Below, piece by piece: positions 52,704-64,000 of a stretch of 64,000 nt of DNA (the first letter of the stretch is position 1; each line of letters opens with the position of its first letter). Position numbers and translations under genes: made by a program. This DNA comes from Camelus dromedarius (taxonomy: Eukaryota), in assembly GCF_036321535.1 (NCBI RefSeq), contig NC_087436.1, positions 73,472,001 through 73,536,000 of the forward strand, read 5' to 3'. A model generated the notes under the pieces. It had not been told where the DNA came from. It ran no database searches and worked only from the letters and a program-made list of their open reading frames with translations.

Positions 52704-52872
52704 CTATATTCTGTTAATCCCACGATGAAAATTTCTTCACATTTTATGAAACCTAAAATTGGGGTGCATCTTTTGGTAGATGGTATCTCATAATTGGCAA
52801 GGGTTTTTTTTTTTTTTTTTTTTCATTTCTCTGAGGTACACTTGATGGCATCTTAGATCTGATGAAATATGG
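52704..52872 (+). mobile_element. MER104-like Tc2/mariner MITE nested in an L2 fragment
   Basis: cacatttt..aaattggggtgcatctt..gatggcatcttagatctgatgaaatatgg terminus. Confidence 0.65.
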
Positions 52873-53071
52873 GGAAATAATCTATACGGGAGAACAACGG
52901 AGCAGACTGATAGTGTGATAGAAATAAGCAGAGCAGAGGGAGGAGTATGGGGAGGCTTCAACTTAGAACAGTCAGGAGAGACCTAAGTAACATATAAGCA
53001 GACTTAAATAAGGTGAGGAAGTGAGCCATTTCTCTATGTGGGTAGAGTAGCAAGCATCCAAAATACAGGAA

Positions 53072-53176
53072 GGGGCAGGGAGGGGTGGTAGAGCTCAGTG
53101 GTAGAGTTTGTGCTCAGCATGCACAAGGTCCTGGGTTCAGTCCCCAGTTCCTCCATTAACAACAACAACAAACAAC
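53072..53176 (+). mobile_element. tRNA-Ala-derived SINE
   Basis: agctcagtggtagag...ggtcctgggttcagtcccc followed by (aac)n. TSD caaaata(c/t)aggaa. Confidence 0.87.
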
Positions 53177-53691
53177 AAAATATAGGAAAGAACAAGTGCA
53201 AAGGCCGTGAAGGAAAAGCAAATTTCAGAAACACTGGGAAGCCAGTGTCGCTGGAGTGGAAGGAAAATAGCAGATGAGGTGAGGGAGACAGGGGCCAGAC
53301 AGGGGCTTGTAGACCACTTTTCTACTTAGTGCATGATCACTGCCTTGAGTCTAGAGGGATCAGATAGCACAGTACATGAGAGCACAGGCTCTGGAGCCAG
53401 AATGCCAACTGATGTCGCAGATCTGCCACTTCCTCGCTGTACATCACGCAAGTTACTCTGCCTGTTTCGCCATCTGAAAAATGGGGCTATTAACACTACC
53501 CACCTCCTAGGGCTGTTGTGAGGATTAATTCAACATTTAATGTAAAGCCCCTTGAACAGAGTCTAGCAAAGAAAGAATACACATGTGTTTGATATTGTTA
53601 TTATTGATTGGTTATGAATTTCAATTGTTGCTTCATCATTATCAACTTATTTTGCTGTGTGTTGTTTGGGGAATGGATAGTAATGCATAAC

Positions 53692-53825
53692 TTTAAAAAA
53701 AATTGGGGGGGCTAGTAATTAGGTTTATTTATTTATTATTTTTTTGATGGAGGCACTGGGGATTGAACCCAGGACCGCATGCACTCTGGGCATGCATGTT
53801 ACCACTGATCTATATCCTCCCCCCC
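53692..53825 (-). mobile_element. tRNA-Ala-derived SINE
   Basis: Reverse head ggattgaacccaggacc. Exact TSD tagtaatgcataa at 53678-53690 and 53826-53838. Confidence 0.88.
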
Positions 53826-54400
53826 TAGTAATGCATAATTTTATCAACAATATTTTTGAACCCTGACTTTCTAGTAACTAGCCTTTAAAAACCTGTATGT
53901 GATATATTTCAAACATAGATTATCACTTCTATTCATCCTTGTAAGCAGGTATGGACAACATTCTACCCTATCACTACCCCTGCCACATCCAAAAAACAAT
54001 CTTATGCAATGATATTTCAATGTTATTGTTGAGTTTGCCACTAGAAAGTAAGAAAGGATGTGGAAATGGGCCACTGAAGAGAGCCCCTGAAATAGGGGAT
54101 TGTATGGAGGCAATTTTTATTTTATTTATTTATTTTGGGGGGGTAAAGAAAGTTTTTTCTAGGAAGAGCAATGCACGTAAGGAAGCAATTTTAAAAATGG
54201 ATTTCAAACCAATAAACTTTGTTAGTTGTCAGAAAAATCGTTTTTATTTACACAAATTAAAAAATTTTGCATTATATATATTTCAATGGTTCATGGCATT
54301 CGTATACTAAACATTTAGCGTTGTGAAAATTAGAAGTATAATGGCGTAAGTCAGGCAGTCACAATTTTTCATGTTTTCCTTTATTTAAGAAATGGTTCTT

Positions 54401-54635
54401 AGGGAGGGTATATAGCTCAGTGGTAGAATTCATGATTAGCATGCATAAGGGCCTGGGTTCAATCCCCAGTACCTCCATCAAAATAAATAAATAAACAACA
54501 AAAAAACCCGTCTCTTATGGGGGAGAGAGCATGCTTAGTATTCAGTGGTGGGTTTGATCCCCAATATCTGCATTAAATAAAAAATAATAATGATAATAAA
54601 CAAAATAAATAAATATTACCCCCCCCAAAAAAAAC
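54401..54635 (+). mobile_element. Dimeric/nested tRNA-Ala-derived SINE (two heads)
   Basis: Full head at ~54402-54480 and a deleted second head at ~54519-54575, enclosed by a single exact TSD aagaaatggttctt (54387-54400, 54636-54649). Confidence 0.85.
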
Positions 54636-55669
54636 AAGAAATGGTTCTTGAGCATCTGCCATGTTCAAGGAATTATGCTAGATGATTTGATTAAAGGGTA
54701 GAAATAGGAACAAGACACGGTCTCTTGACTTTTCTCTATAAAATCAGTGGAAGTAGATTTGTATGTAATCTCCTTTCTCTTTTGAGTTAATTTCATGGCT
54801 GTTCCAGAGTGATGATGCCTCTGCTCCCCTTTCAGACCCCACCTGAGGGTAAAAATTAGCCACTGTACCCTCTCTGCCTCCTCTTGACCCTGGAAGTGGC
54901 GAGCAGCTCCACCCCTTCCCAGACATCAGGAGAGAGGTAAGACTGTGAGGTCAAGGGGAAGTCTGGGGACTCCACCCTCATCTCCTCTGCACCAAACTAA
55001 CCATCCCTCCTGCCCACGGTCCTTTCTGATGAGTGGATGCTGGTAGGGAAGAAACCAGGTCAAATGAAGGGGAAATTCATAGTACATATGCTGTTAGTGA
55101 CTTACTACACTCAACAAAATTTAAAACAAAGCTGGGCAAGTTAAAAAAACGGGTGCCTTAAAACAAGTCTGCTAAAATGTAAAGGCACTGCTTTTTATTA
55201 CCAAATAATACATGTAATAGACATCCATGAGCCCCACTCTATCTCAGAGCTTTATCCCTGATAATGGGATAGAGTCGGGGCACAGGGAGAAGGTGAGGCT
55301 TAAGGACTGGATGAAGTTCTTTGCACACATTACCTGGTAATAAAAATCCTGAGCATTTATTCGTTACTGTTTTTAGGCTGCAACAAAATGCCCCCATGGA
55401 AAATGTCTGAAGCAAAATGTCAAGTGTCTAGTTTTAAAGTAGAGGACAATGCTTAGCGTACAGTATTTTTGACAGTATGATCCCCACCATTCTCCAAGTC
55501 ACTCAGGCTTAAAACCTTGGCACTGGGAAAGGAACTTGCACCATAGCCTTTGTGATATGTAGCTACAATCCCTCCTTACAGATGAAAAAAGGACCTTCCT
55601 CCTCAGCATAATATTTCATATATCCTGTAGTGTTTATTTCATGTATCCATCAATTTCACCTTTTAGGAG

Positions 55670-56500
55670 ACAATGCTAAGCCACAGAGACATAAAAATGA
55701 ATAACAGAGTCATGCCCTTAACAGTCCAGCTCAACAGGCATTTACTGAGAGCTTCCTACATATCAACAACTGCAAAGTGCTAACATATACACATGTATCT
55801 GGATTTCAGGGAGAGCTTTCAGAAGATGTCAAAGTTAAGTCGTAAGAAACTAGCAGGAGTTTCCTTGATGAAGTGGAGGGAGGGGAAGAACATATCCAAG
55901 CATACATCCAGAGTCTGTGGGGGAGGCAGAAACAAGAAAGACAGGAAAGAAGAGCCAGAGCATTAACAGGCTTGTACACCAAGCTAAGGAGTTGGGATTT
56001 TATTACCGAGAGAATGGGCAACGACTGGAGGATTTTTAAGAAGACCAACAAGGACAGATGTTTTGTCATTGTTAGGCTCACCCAAGGGTGGACTGGAGAC
56101 TGAAGTGGAAGGAAGCCAGGGCTTGAATGCAGACAAACTAGTTAGGAAGCTATTGGTGCAATCTTGGTGGAAAATGATGAGAAGATAAACCATGTCAGAG
56201 GCAGAGAGGATGGAGAGCAGAGACCTATTTGAGATATATTCTATAAATAGACATGATAGGGCTTGACTACTGGACATATGGGGGTGAAATCCAGAGTTTC
56301 AGATTTCTCCCAGCTTCCCCCTTCTAGCTTAGGCAATTATTTAGCTCATGGTACAAATGAGCCAGGCAGGGCACAGAGAAGAAGCATACTGATTTTTTTT
56401 TTCTTTAAAGGACGCTGGGGTATCTGAGATCTGTGAAACATCCGTGTGGAGAGGTGTATGAATCAGTTAGCTAACGAGATCCTGCGCTTTTTAGGTTCAA
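55670..56500. mobile_element. L2 fragment
   Basis: Purine-rich degenerate L2 text: ctaaggagttgggattttatt..ggaggatttttaag..ccagagtttcagatttct..acatccgtgtggagaggt. Confidence 0.6.
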
Positions 56501-57329
56501 GACATTTACAAACTACGCCATAGGCATTTGTACCTGGCACTGTCATTTCGAAAGACACAAGGCATAGTGATATGAAAAATGAGATTTTTCATGTTAAATA
56601 AAAAACTCAAAATGTAGGGGTTTAGAGTTAAGAACATCATGCTACTAACTGCCAAACTGACAGTGCAGATCAATGTGTTTCCTCTAGTAAGCTAAATGCA
56701 GGGTTCTCTTGGTTTCCTCCTCACTACTTGAAAATTAGCGGTGTACCCGGTGTTTATATCCAGGAATTCCTTTTAGCAGGTTTGAAGAGCAAGAGCTGAG
56801 AAATGCGCCCTCCGGTGGCGGTGGAACGAGGGGACTCTGGCACCCTTTTTACCACCAAACAAAGCCCTGTGAAGAAATGCAATTTACCGGGATAAGAAGG
56901 CCACAAAGCTACACCGCAAAACCAAACGAAACCTCCCAGGGGCCTGGACCCCTTACCTGTCACGTCGGCCGAAGGAAAATTTCACTTTCGACTCAACAAA
57001 ATACGACTCCAGATTTGAGAGCTTGCAGTAAAGTCTCGCTCGGCGACAACTAAACACCCCTGCAAGCCGAAACGCTTACACTATCTAAATCCTCTCCAGC
57101 CTGCAGGGCCGGGTTCCGACCACGTGGGTAGTTGGGGCCAGCAGGAGCCGCTCGCGAAGGGTGGGAGCAGGAGGCGTGTCCTTGCGGCGGGAGGCGGGGC
57201 CTGTACTGTGGGCGGGGCGTGGGCGGACCCGCGCCACAGGCCTCCTTTCGCCTCCTTTCCCCTTTTGCCTTCGCCCTTCGAGCCGCCACGTAATGCCACG
57301 TCCCCGCGCATGCGCATCTCGACCGGCAG

Positions 57330-57500
57330 TGGCGGCTGTTTCCGGGCTTAGGCGGCTGGAGCGGCCGCCGAGTAGGAGGCGGTGGTGGCGGCGGCTGAGG
57401 GGTGCAGAGTACGGGCTTGGGAGCCAGGCCCTGGGGAGGACAGGGGGAGTTATCTTTTCTTTCTCGAAGGGGACGGTAGAGCCGGTGGCTGAGCGGCAAA
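57330..57500 (+). other. USO1: USO1 5'UTR (exon 1; TSS approximate)
   Basis: GC-rich leader between the NRF1 site and the ATG. The Kozak context has A at -3 (gcaaaATGa). Confidence 0.6.
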
Positions 57501-57566
57501 ATGAATTTCCTCCGCGGAGTTATGGGGGGTCAGAGTGCCGGACCACAGCACACAGAAGCCGAGACG
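57501..57566 (+). CDS. USO1: USO1 (general vesicular transport factor p115) coding exon 1; intron 1 runs past the window end
   Basis: MNFLRGVMGGQSAGPQHTEAET is the p115 N-terminus. 66 nt are followed by the donor ACG|gtgaga at 57567. Head-to-head arrangement with G3BP2 fits known mammalian synteny. Confidence 0.97.
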
Positions 57567-58559
57567 GTGAGAGGAACGGCGGGTCCAGGACTTGGGAAGG
57601 GTCCGGGTAGGAACCGGGACGGAGGACTCAGGGGTCCGGGGGTCACTTCCTTCGCCCCACCATGGGCCCGAGGGTTCCACACGCCGCCTCCCCCTTTGCC
57701 CTCTTGCCTCCCTACGTCTCCCGAAACCCCAGAGGTATTCCTTCACGCCCCCAGGGCAGCCCCCAGCGCAGCGGCTCGGCCCTGCTGACAGCAGCCGCGC
57801 CCCGATGCTCCGCAGGCCGCTTGGTGGTGGTCCGCGGGCGATCTATCCCGGGCAGAGGTGGCCTGACCTGTCTCCCACTCCCCTCGGGGCAGTGGGCCTC
57901 TCCCCGTTTCGCTTGTGTCTCCACTGGCGGTGAGGAACCTAAAGTCCAGCTCCCTCCCTCGCTGTCTGGAATGGGGCTTTGGGGAGGACTGCAAGGTTTA
58001 AAACCCAGCTGTTGAACCAGAGCAAGTGGCTAAGAATAATACGATAGTTTGGGGCACAAAACCACCTGCTCCTGTCCCTTTAACTGGAGGAAGGTCGTTC
58101 TGTTAGGTGTTATTAGTTAGGACCCAGTTTTTCAGGCTCACCCATATATTTGGGAAATACTCATTTGGACTTTGTAGGACTCTTGCGCACAAACCGCCTT
58201 GGGAACACATTTCCCTTCCATGAAACCTATTTAGAATTCATGGTAACACTATTTGCAGCATCACTTTAAAAAACTGTTAGCCACTGAAAATAGTATTTAA
58301 TAAGTTGGTTATATTTTAGGTTTAGGAGAAACTTACTTCGAATTTTGCTTAGTTTCGATTAGAAATGAGTGTGTGACAGTTTTAAAGATAAACTGAAATT
58401 CAGTGTAATTTTGAATCTACAAAAAAGCAACAAAGTATGATATTTTAAAGGTAAACTTTGGATAGTATTCGTAAACATAACTGGGTTGTCTATGAACATA
58501 TATCCTATGTTCTGTGTTGCTGGAATCCTGAAGAGTAAATAATAGCTTTCATTTGTCAG

Positions 58560-58780
58560 GCTCTTACCTTGCGGTGGTTACTGTGCTGAACTCGTTATAG
58601 TCCACATTCTCCTTAAATCCCTAACCAGCCTGCAAGATAGGTAATAGTATCATCACTTTAGAAATGAAGAAATGAGGCTTAGAGAGGTGAAGTAACTTGA
58701 CCTAGGTCATACTGATAGTAATGGAGCCAGGATTCAACCAAAGTTTACCTTACATCAAAGCCTAGGCTTTACTACTGATG
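58560..58780 (-). mobile_element. MIR SINE in USO1 intron 1 (other MIRs at ~1-190, 650-850, 22750-23000, 27190-27400, 40740-41240, 53370-53570, 59370-59470)
   Basis: atgaagaaatgaggcttagagaggtgaagtaacttgacctaggtcatac..ggagccaggattcaa MIR core. Confidence 0.8.
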
Positions 58781-61700
58781 CCCATATTTTAATAATTATC
58801 TGGGAATTTTGTAAGTTTATGTAATATAATAAAACTAATCTCACAAATCTGAATTAGAGCAATTCCTTCATTTGAAAAATCAGGAGTTTTCACACACACA
58901 CACCTCATATCTGGCTGGTCCATTCCCATGTGGCTATGAGGCAGCTGAGTTGCCCTACTAGAATACCATGCTCTCTCTAAGTTACCATAGTCACAGCCCC
59001 CATCTTCAGCTTTTGTTCATTCATTTTATGTCTGATATTTTTGTTTGAGGCACCAAATTTTAAAGTGTGGTTTATTAGAGCTTGCTTTGGAGTCCTTGCC
59101 TTCCACTCCTAATTGGATTGAACAGGCAAGAGATGGCTAACACCCTATGAGTAAAACAAGGAAAATGCCTACTCTGATGGGTGTAATGAAGATTAAATGA
59201 AATAAGAAATATAAAGATCCTGGCACTTAGTCAATAAAGGCTAGGTTTTTTTTTTTTATTACATTTTTAGGGGAAGAGTAGTGTTTCTTTTTTTGTTATA
59301 GTTAGCCTTGTCACAGTGACTTCTGTAGAAAAGATGATGTCCAGTTAATTGAGTAGAGGATTTTAAAGCTGAAAGGCCCTTTGCAGATCATCCAGGTTGA
59401 ACCCTCTCATTTTACAAGGTAGGAAACGGAGGCACAGAGCACTAAAGCAACTTGCACAATATTGCTGAGTTGAGACTAGAAAACTTTGATCTTGCCATAG
59501 TGAATGGAGCAACATAGCTTTGATATCATGATTTCAAAATGGAGCTTGAGTATTATTTGTGTATCTTGTATACATAAGCTGAAAGTAAAGTAGGGAGTCT
59601 TTGTTCTTGCCTAATGTTGAACATGTATACTCAAAATTGGAAAACTAATTGTCTTCTGAAGAGAATTAATAGTTTACTCTGAGGTACAGTATGAATAAAA
59701 TTTGTTTCATCATCTCATTCCATCAGGAAGAATAATAGGTATAAGGGATAATGGATCACTAATTTAGAAGTATTTATAGAGCATCAGTAAAATGTTTAGG
59801 TACAATATTAGCTCTTTTAATTGGTGATTTGATGTGACCTAGATATTCTAGTTGCCAGAGCTTGGGACATCTAAATTCTGCATTATCAGTTAGTATTTTG
59901 TAAGTTTTGTCCATTTCTGCAAAATTAAATTATTTTCATTGTGGTTTTCTGCCTTTTGTGCTTTTCTCATCTTTTTCTGATGGAAAGCCTCTTTTCATTG
60001 TCTAAAGTCTACCTCTTCTTTAAGACCATCATCAGTGCCTTCCCTAATTTGCACCCCTAACCCCTTTCCCCCACCAAACTGCAGTGGTCTCTTCCCCTTC
60101 TGAAAATCTTTACATTTTAACTAGATTTTTCATTTCTTAAGCTTTCTGTCATTTTCTACCCTTTAAATATGTCCCATCTCTTCTAGGCTCTTAAGTTATC
60201 TTAAGGGGAGTGTTCATATGTATTTTAATCTTTGTTTTTCCATATCAATAAATGTTTGTTATGAATTAATTGTAGTGTTACAGAAGAAATCACAGATCTG
60301 TAATCATGGCAGTTTACAAATTACTAGGTGCTAAAACAATACTCTTCAAAGACTGTAGGAATCAAAGTTCTGGATTGATTGAAATTCATTACTTTAAACC
60401 TTTTACTTAAGGGATTTTTCAGATTTGCTCTGCTCTAACTGCTTTCCTCCTTTCTTTTAACTAAAGTGTCATCTAAATATGGGTGAGAGTTATATTATTG
60501 ATTATATAGTACCTAGCTTTCATACTCTCAGTTAAGACTAACTCTGAACTGTTATTAAGATGTTCTTCAGAAACAAAGTAGTAGATCTTTCTGTTTGTAT
60601 CAGTAATTCTATAAAGTTCAGAATATTTTAAGTCTAGAATTTCATTCATGTTAAATTTTTCATATTTTAGAGTCAAATACTTTTAAATTTGATTTCTCTT
60701 TTTTACTTCAGTAGAGAAAGGCACTGATTGCTGATGACTGAGGCTTCTTTAGCCTTGACATACTTTCCTAGGTCCAAATAAACACTAACTTTTATTAAAA
60801 ATCCTACTCATTTTTCTGAGGGCTCAGTCATGCTTAATTTTGCATCTACCTTCCAACTAATACCTTTTTTAAAAAGCAAGTTTCTTGAAAATCCCAAAAG
60901 AAGTGTTAATTACATTTGATAATAAATCACAGGGAGGGTTTTCTCTTCTCAAGTTGCGTCTCCAGGCGTGAAAGTTGTGAAAGTCCAGAAAAGGTTTGCA
61001 GAATTACTGTACTGTTGAGGCATGTCTTTTTAGATCAGACTTTGGTCAGCTGGCTTAAAAAGCACGAGGGCTAACGATTTAGGCACAGCTGTAGTTTCTT
61101 TTAATAAAAATTGTTATTAAGGAATGTGCACTTAAATTTAGACATAGTTTTGGTTTAGTCAAGCACGTTATATACCATGTTACTATAAATGAGTAACCTG
61201 AAGCTCCTATATTTGGATTCATGTTTTATATTCTACATTAATAACCAGGTCAGTGTCATAACTGGTATGTTTTCTCTCTTAGCTCTTTTACAATAACAAG
61301 GTCAGAGAAAATCATAGTAATGATTTACATTTTGGTAACCAAAGACGTCTATTATATTTAAGTAGTGTCTATTGAAAACTACTTTTTTGAAGGTTATTCA
61401 TGGAGATTATTTAAAATTTACATACCAAAGTATATTCCAAAGAATGTAAGTATACTCGAAAGGATTTTGTTACTAAAGAGGTGTACTGTGTTATGGTCAA
61501 AAACAAAACAAAAAACCTAAAATTTATACAAGATTTATTAAACAGGCGCTATGTTGTTTTCAGATATTTTCAAGGTGGAGATATAAAGTAAATTGTGTTT
61601 GCCAGATCTAATGGATCATATCCTTTTTTTTCCTCCAGGAAACCATGTAGGTCTAGTGTTCTGAGGAACATATTTTGGGTAAAATTGTCCTAGAGGATAT

Positions 61701-61908
61701 ATTTTTAAAGGAATGCTACATTTTAGAAGTCCTTCATTATCATCAGCTTTATGGAGTTCATGATGTCTTGCCCATTGGAATACCTAAGAAATAATTCCTG
61801 ATGCTTTATGGCTTGACAAGTAATTGTAATCACTGTTGAATTATCTTTCAGGAGAGAATATAAGAATTTCCTATATAAATTTTTTGATAGCAAATACCAC
61901 TCCTCTTT

Positions 61909-62062
61909 CTTTTTAAAATTTTTTTTCTTTTCCTTTTTTTTTTTTTTTTTTTTGGAGGGGAGGAAATAATTAGGTTTGTTTACTTAGTGGAGGTACTGGA
62001 GTTTGAATCCAGGACCTTGTGCATGCTAAACTTGCACTCCACCTCTGAGCTATACCCTCCCC
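61909..62062 (-). mobile_element. tRNA-Ala-derived SINE in USO1 intron 1
   Basis: Long T tail and reverse head. TSD cca(c/t)tcctctt. Confidence 0.87.
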
Positions 62063-63040
62063 TCCATTCCTCTTCTTTTTACACATTTATCTCTTATTAT
62101 TTATTCTGCTCTGTCTGTTTTTGTCTATTGCAGATACCATAGAAAAGGCATGCTTATATTTTTATACCTCAGGCAGAAATGCCATAAGCATTCTTTGTAT
62201 AAAAAGTTAGTCACCTTTATTTTGAAAACTTTTGTAGTATTAGACCTTGAGATGCCAGCATTTGTGATAGGTTATTTGGTAGACAAGTTTCCTTATGATG
62301 CCTTGCTTAAATGGGTGTGCTTTTGGAAAGCATTTTTCTTTACTTAAAGAAAGCATGGAGAATAAATGAAGCAGTATGTTATTACCTTGGCTGACTTATT
62401 GGTAATTGTAACGGAAATAGATTGTGTTAGGTTTATGGATTTATCTGCAAAGAGACTAGTATTTGACTTGGTAATGGTCCTACTTTTTTATTTCTTTTCT
62501 AGATTATAATAATTTAGATCATCTGAAGATAAGACTGGCTTTTGCTTTGTTTGGTAAAATCTTCTCAGTTATAGATTTCAATTTAAAGCAAATTTGTGGC
62601 TCTTTCTTGAATTCTAAAACAGTCATTTTTTAATTCCATTAAATCAATATAAATGAATTGACTGTTAGTTAACATGAATTATTTTAGTCCTATAGTTATG
62701 GTTGAGGAAGTTTTCTCCAAAGAAGGTATAACTATGTTTTAAGCCTCAAGAAGGCAAAGTTACATCATCAAGTAAGTTGGCATTGGGTGGTTGATAAATA
62801 TTAGTTGAATAAAGGATTGAATGGTTGAATTCAGTTTTTTAAAATTGGCATTACTGACTCATTTTTGCATCTCAGTTAAATAGTGAAAAACTAAAAAATA
62901 TATATATGCATATGTATATATATAGTGGATTTCTACTAGGAATTGTGAGAAAATACTGCAAACTACATTATGTCTGTGTGCTTTAAATGTACATTCAGCA
63001 TCCTAGTTTTATGCCACCTTTTTTTCTCCCTTCATGGTTT

Positions 63041-63255
63041 TTTTTTTAACTTTTTTTTATTGAGTTATAGTCATTTTACAATGTTGTGTCAAATTCCAGT
63101 GTAGAGCACAATTTTTCAGTTATACATGAACATACATACATTCATTGTCACATTCTCTTTTGCTTTGAGCCACCACAAGATCCTATATATATTTCCCTGT
63201 GCTACACAGTACAATCTTGTTTATCTATTCTGCATTTTGAAATCCCAGTCCCTTA
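63041..63255 (-). mobile_element. Young lineage-specific (camelid-type) L1 3' end
   Basis: Poly-T then tttattgagttatagtcattttacaatgttgtgtcaaattccagtgtagagcac... TSD cttcatggttt (63030-63040) / ctttgtggttt (63256-63266), which differ by opposite CpG decay. Confidence 0.8.
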
Positions 63256-64000
63256 CTTTGTGGTTTTTTATTTTCACATTCCTCATCTCACTTTTTTCTT
63301 TCCTAGTCACTCCTGTTTCATTTGCTTCTTTTTTGGTCTCCTTTGTGTATCATTGAATGAAAATAAATGGCACCATTGGTAAGCAAGATAAACATTAAAT
63401 TCAGGTTACTAGGTTGTAATTCTGATTATGCCCAATTTACAGGTTATTAGTGGGGTTTTTTTTGTCCTTTTCATATTTTCTGAATAAGTAGAATTATTAA
63501 TCTCACATGGCAATTATTGAAGAGAAGAGTCCTGATATGTAATCACCTGCATGAGCTACAAGATGTTATACATATTATTTTACTTAATTAGCCTTTTTAT
63601 TTTCTTTATTACAAAATGGCAAATAATACTAGTAAAGTTTTTTTTGTTTTTGTGTCTTGTTTTGTGTTTTTTTTTTTTTAATAATACTAGTAAAGTTTAA
63701 GTTTTCTTTGATTATAGTCTCCAATTTCATTTCTCTTTCTGGAAATAACCACTATTCTTAGTTCGGTATAATTCCTTCCAGACCTTTATGAATAATCACG
63801 CAATGTAGAATTATTTGTATAAACATATTTATATCTTTTTTTAAATAAATGATGCAGTGTTTATAGTGTTCTACAGCCTACCTTTTTCATTGATTGATAG
63901 TCTTGGAGATCTTTGCATGTTAAAACATAGAGCTACTTTATTAGAAATTATTTTAAAAACCACATTTTTAGTTGCTTTTCTTAATTGTGCTCTCTTCTAA

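Larger units (their letters stand above)
56800..57930. promoter_or_regulatory. USO1: CpG island / promoter of USO1 (probably bidirectional)
   Basis: GC- and CpG-rich block. E-box CACGTG at 57121-57126, GC boxes at 57192-57226, GCCACGT twice (57285-57291, 57295-57301) and an NRF1 palindrome GCGCATGCGC at 57306-57315. No TATA box. Confidence 0.9.

Noticed and set aside
57050..58015. Overlapping ORFs around USO1 exon 1, including the 95-aa ORF from 57501
   Set aside because: CpG-island artefacts. Only the first 22 codons of the 57501 ORF are USO1; the rest is read-through past the donor at 57567.
57567..64000. Further USO1 coding exons
   Set aside because: I could not find a p115-like exon 2 sequence; the remainder appears to be intron 1.

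Overview
Mammalian genomic DNA, probably a camelid, judged from the abundant tRNA-Ala-derived SINE and a young L1 3' end. It covers the 5' ends of two divergent genes. G3BP2 is on the minus strand: first coding exon at 986-1104 ([32 protein letters not shown]), with non-coding first exon(s) and a CpG-island promoter at ~13.6-14.8 kb. USO1/p115 is on the plus strand: CpG-island promoter at ~56.8-57.9 kb and coding exon 1 at 57501-57566 (MNFLRGVMGGQSAGPQHTEAET). G3BP2 intron 1 contains a decayed antisense TMA7 processed pseudogene. The rest is mostly interspersed repeats (14 tRNA-derived SINE monomers, L1/L2/MIR, MLT and MER34-like LTRs, MER5/MER104 DNA elements), microsatellites and small duplications. 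Almost all ORFs in the track are spurious. I found no convincing novel protein-coding system. The best leads are regulatory or RNA-level: a candidate divergent first exon at the USO1 promoter pointing towards G3BP2, tandem ACGTGGC (GASE/CREB3-type) elements in that promoter, an inverted SINE pair in G3BP2 pre-mRNA, and an unidentified retroposed mRNA 3' end. Repeat family names come from memory of consensus sequences, not from a database search.
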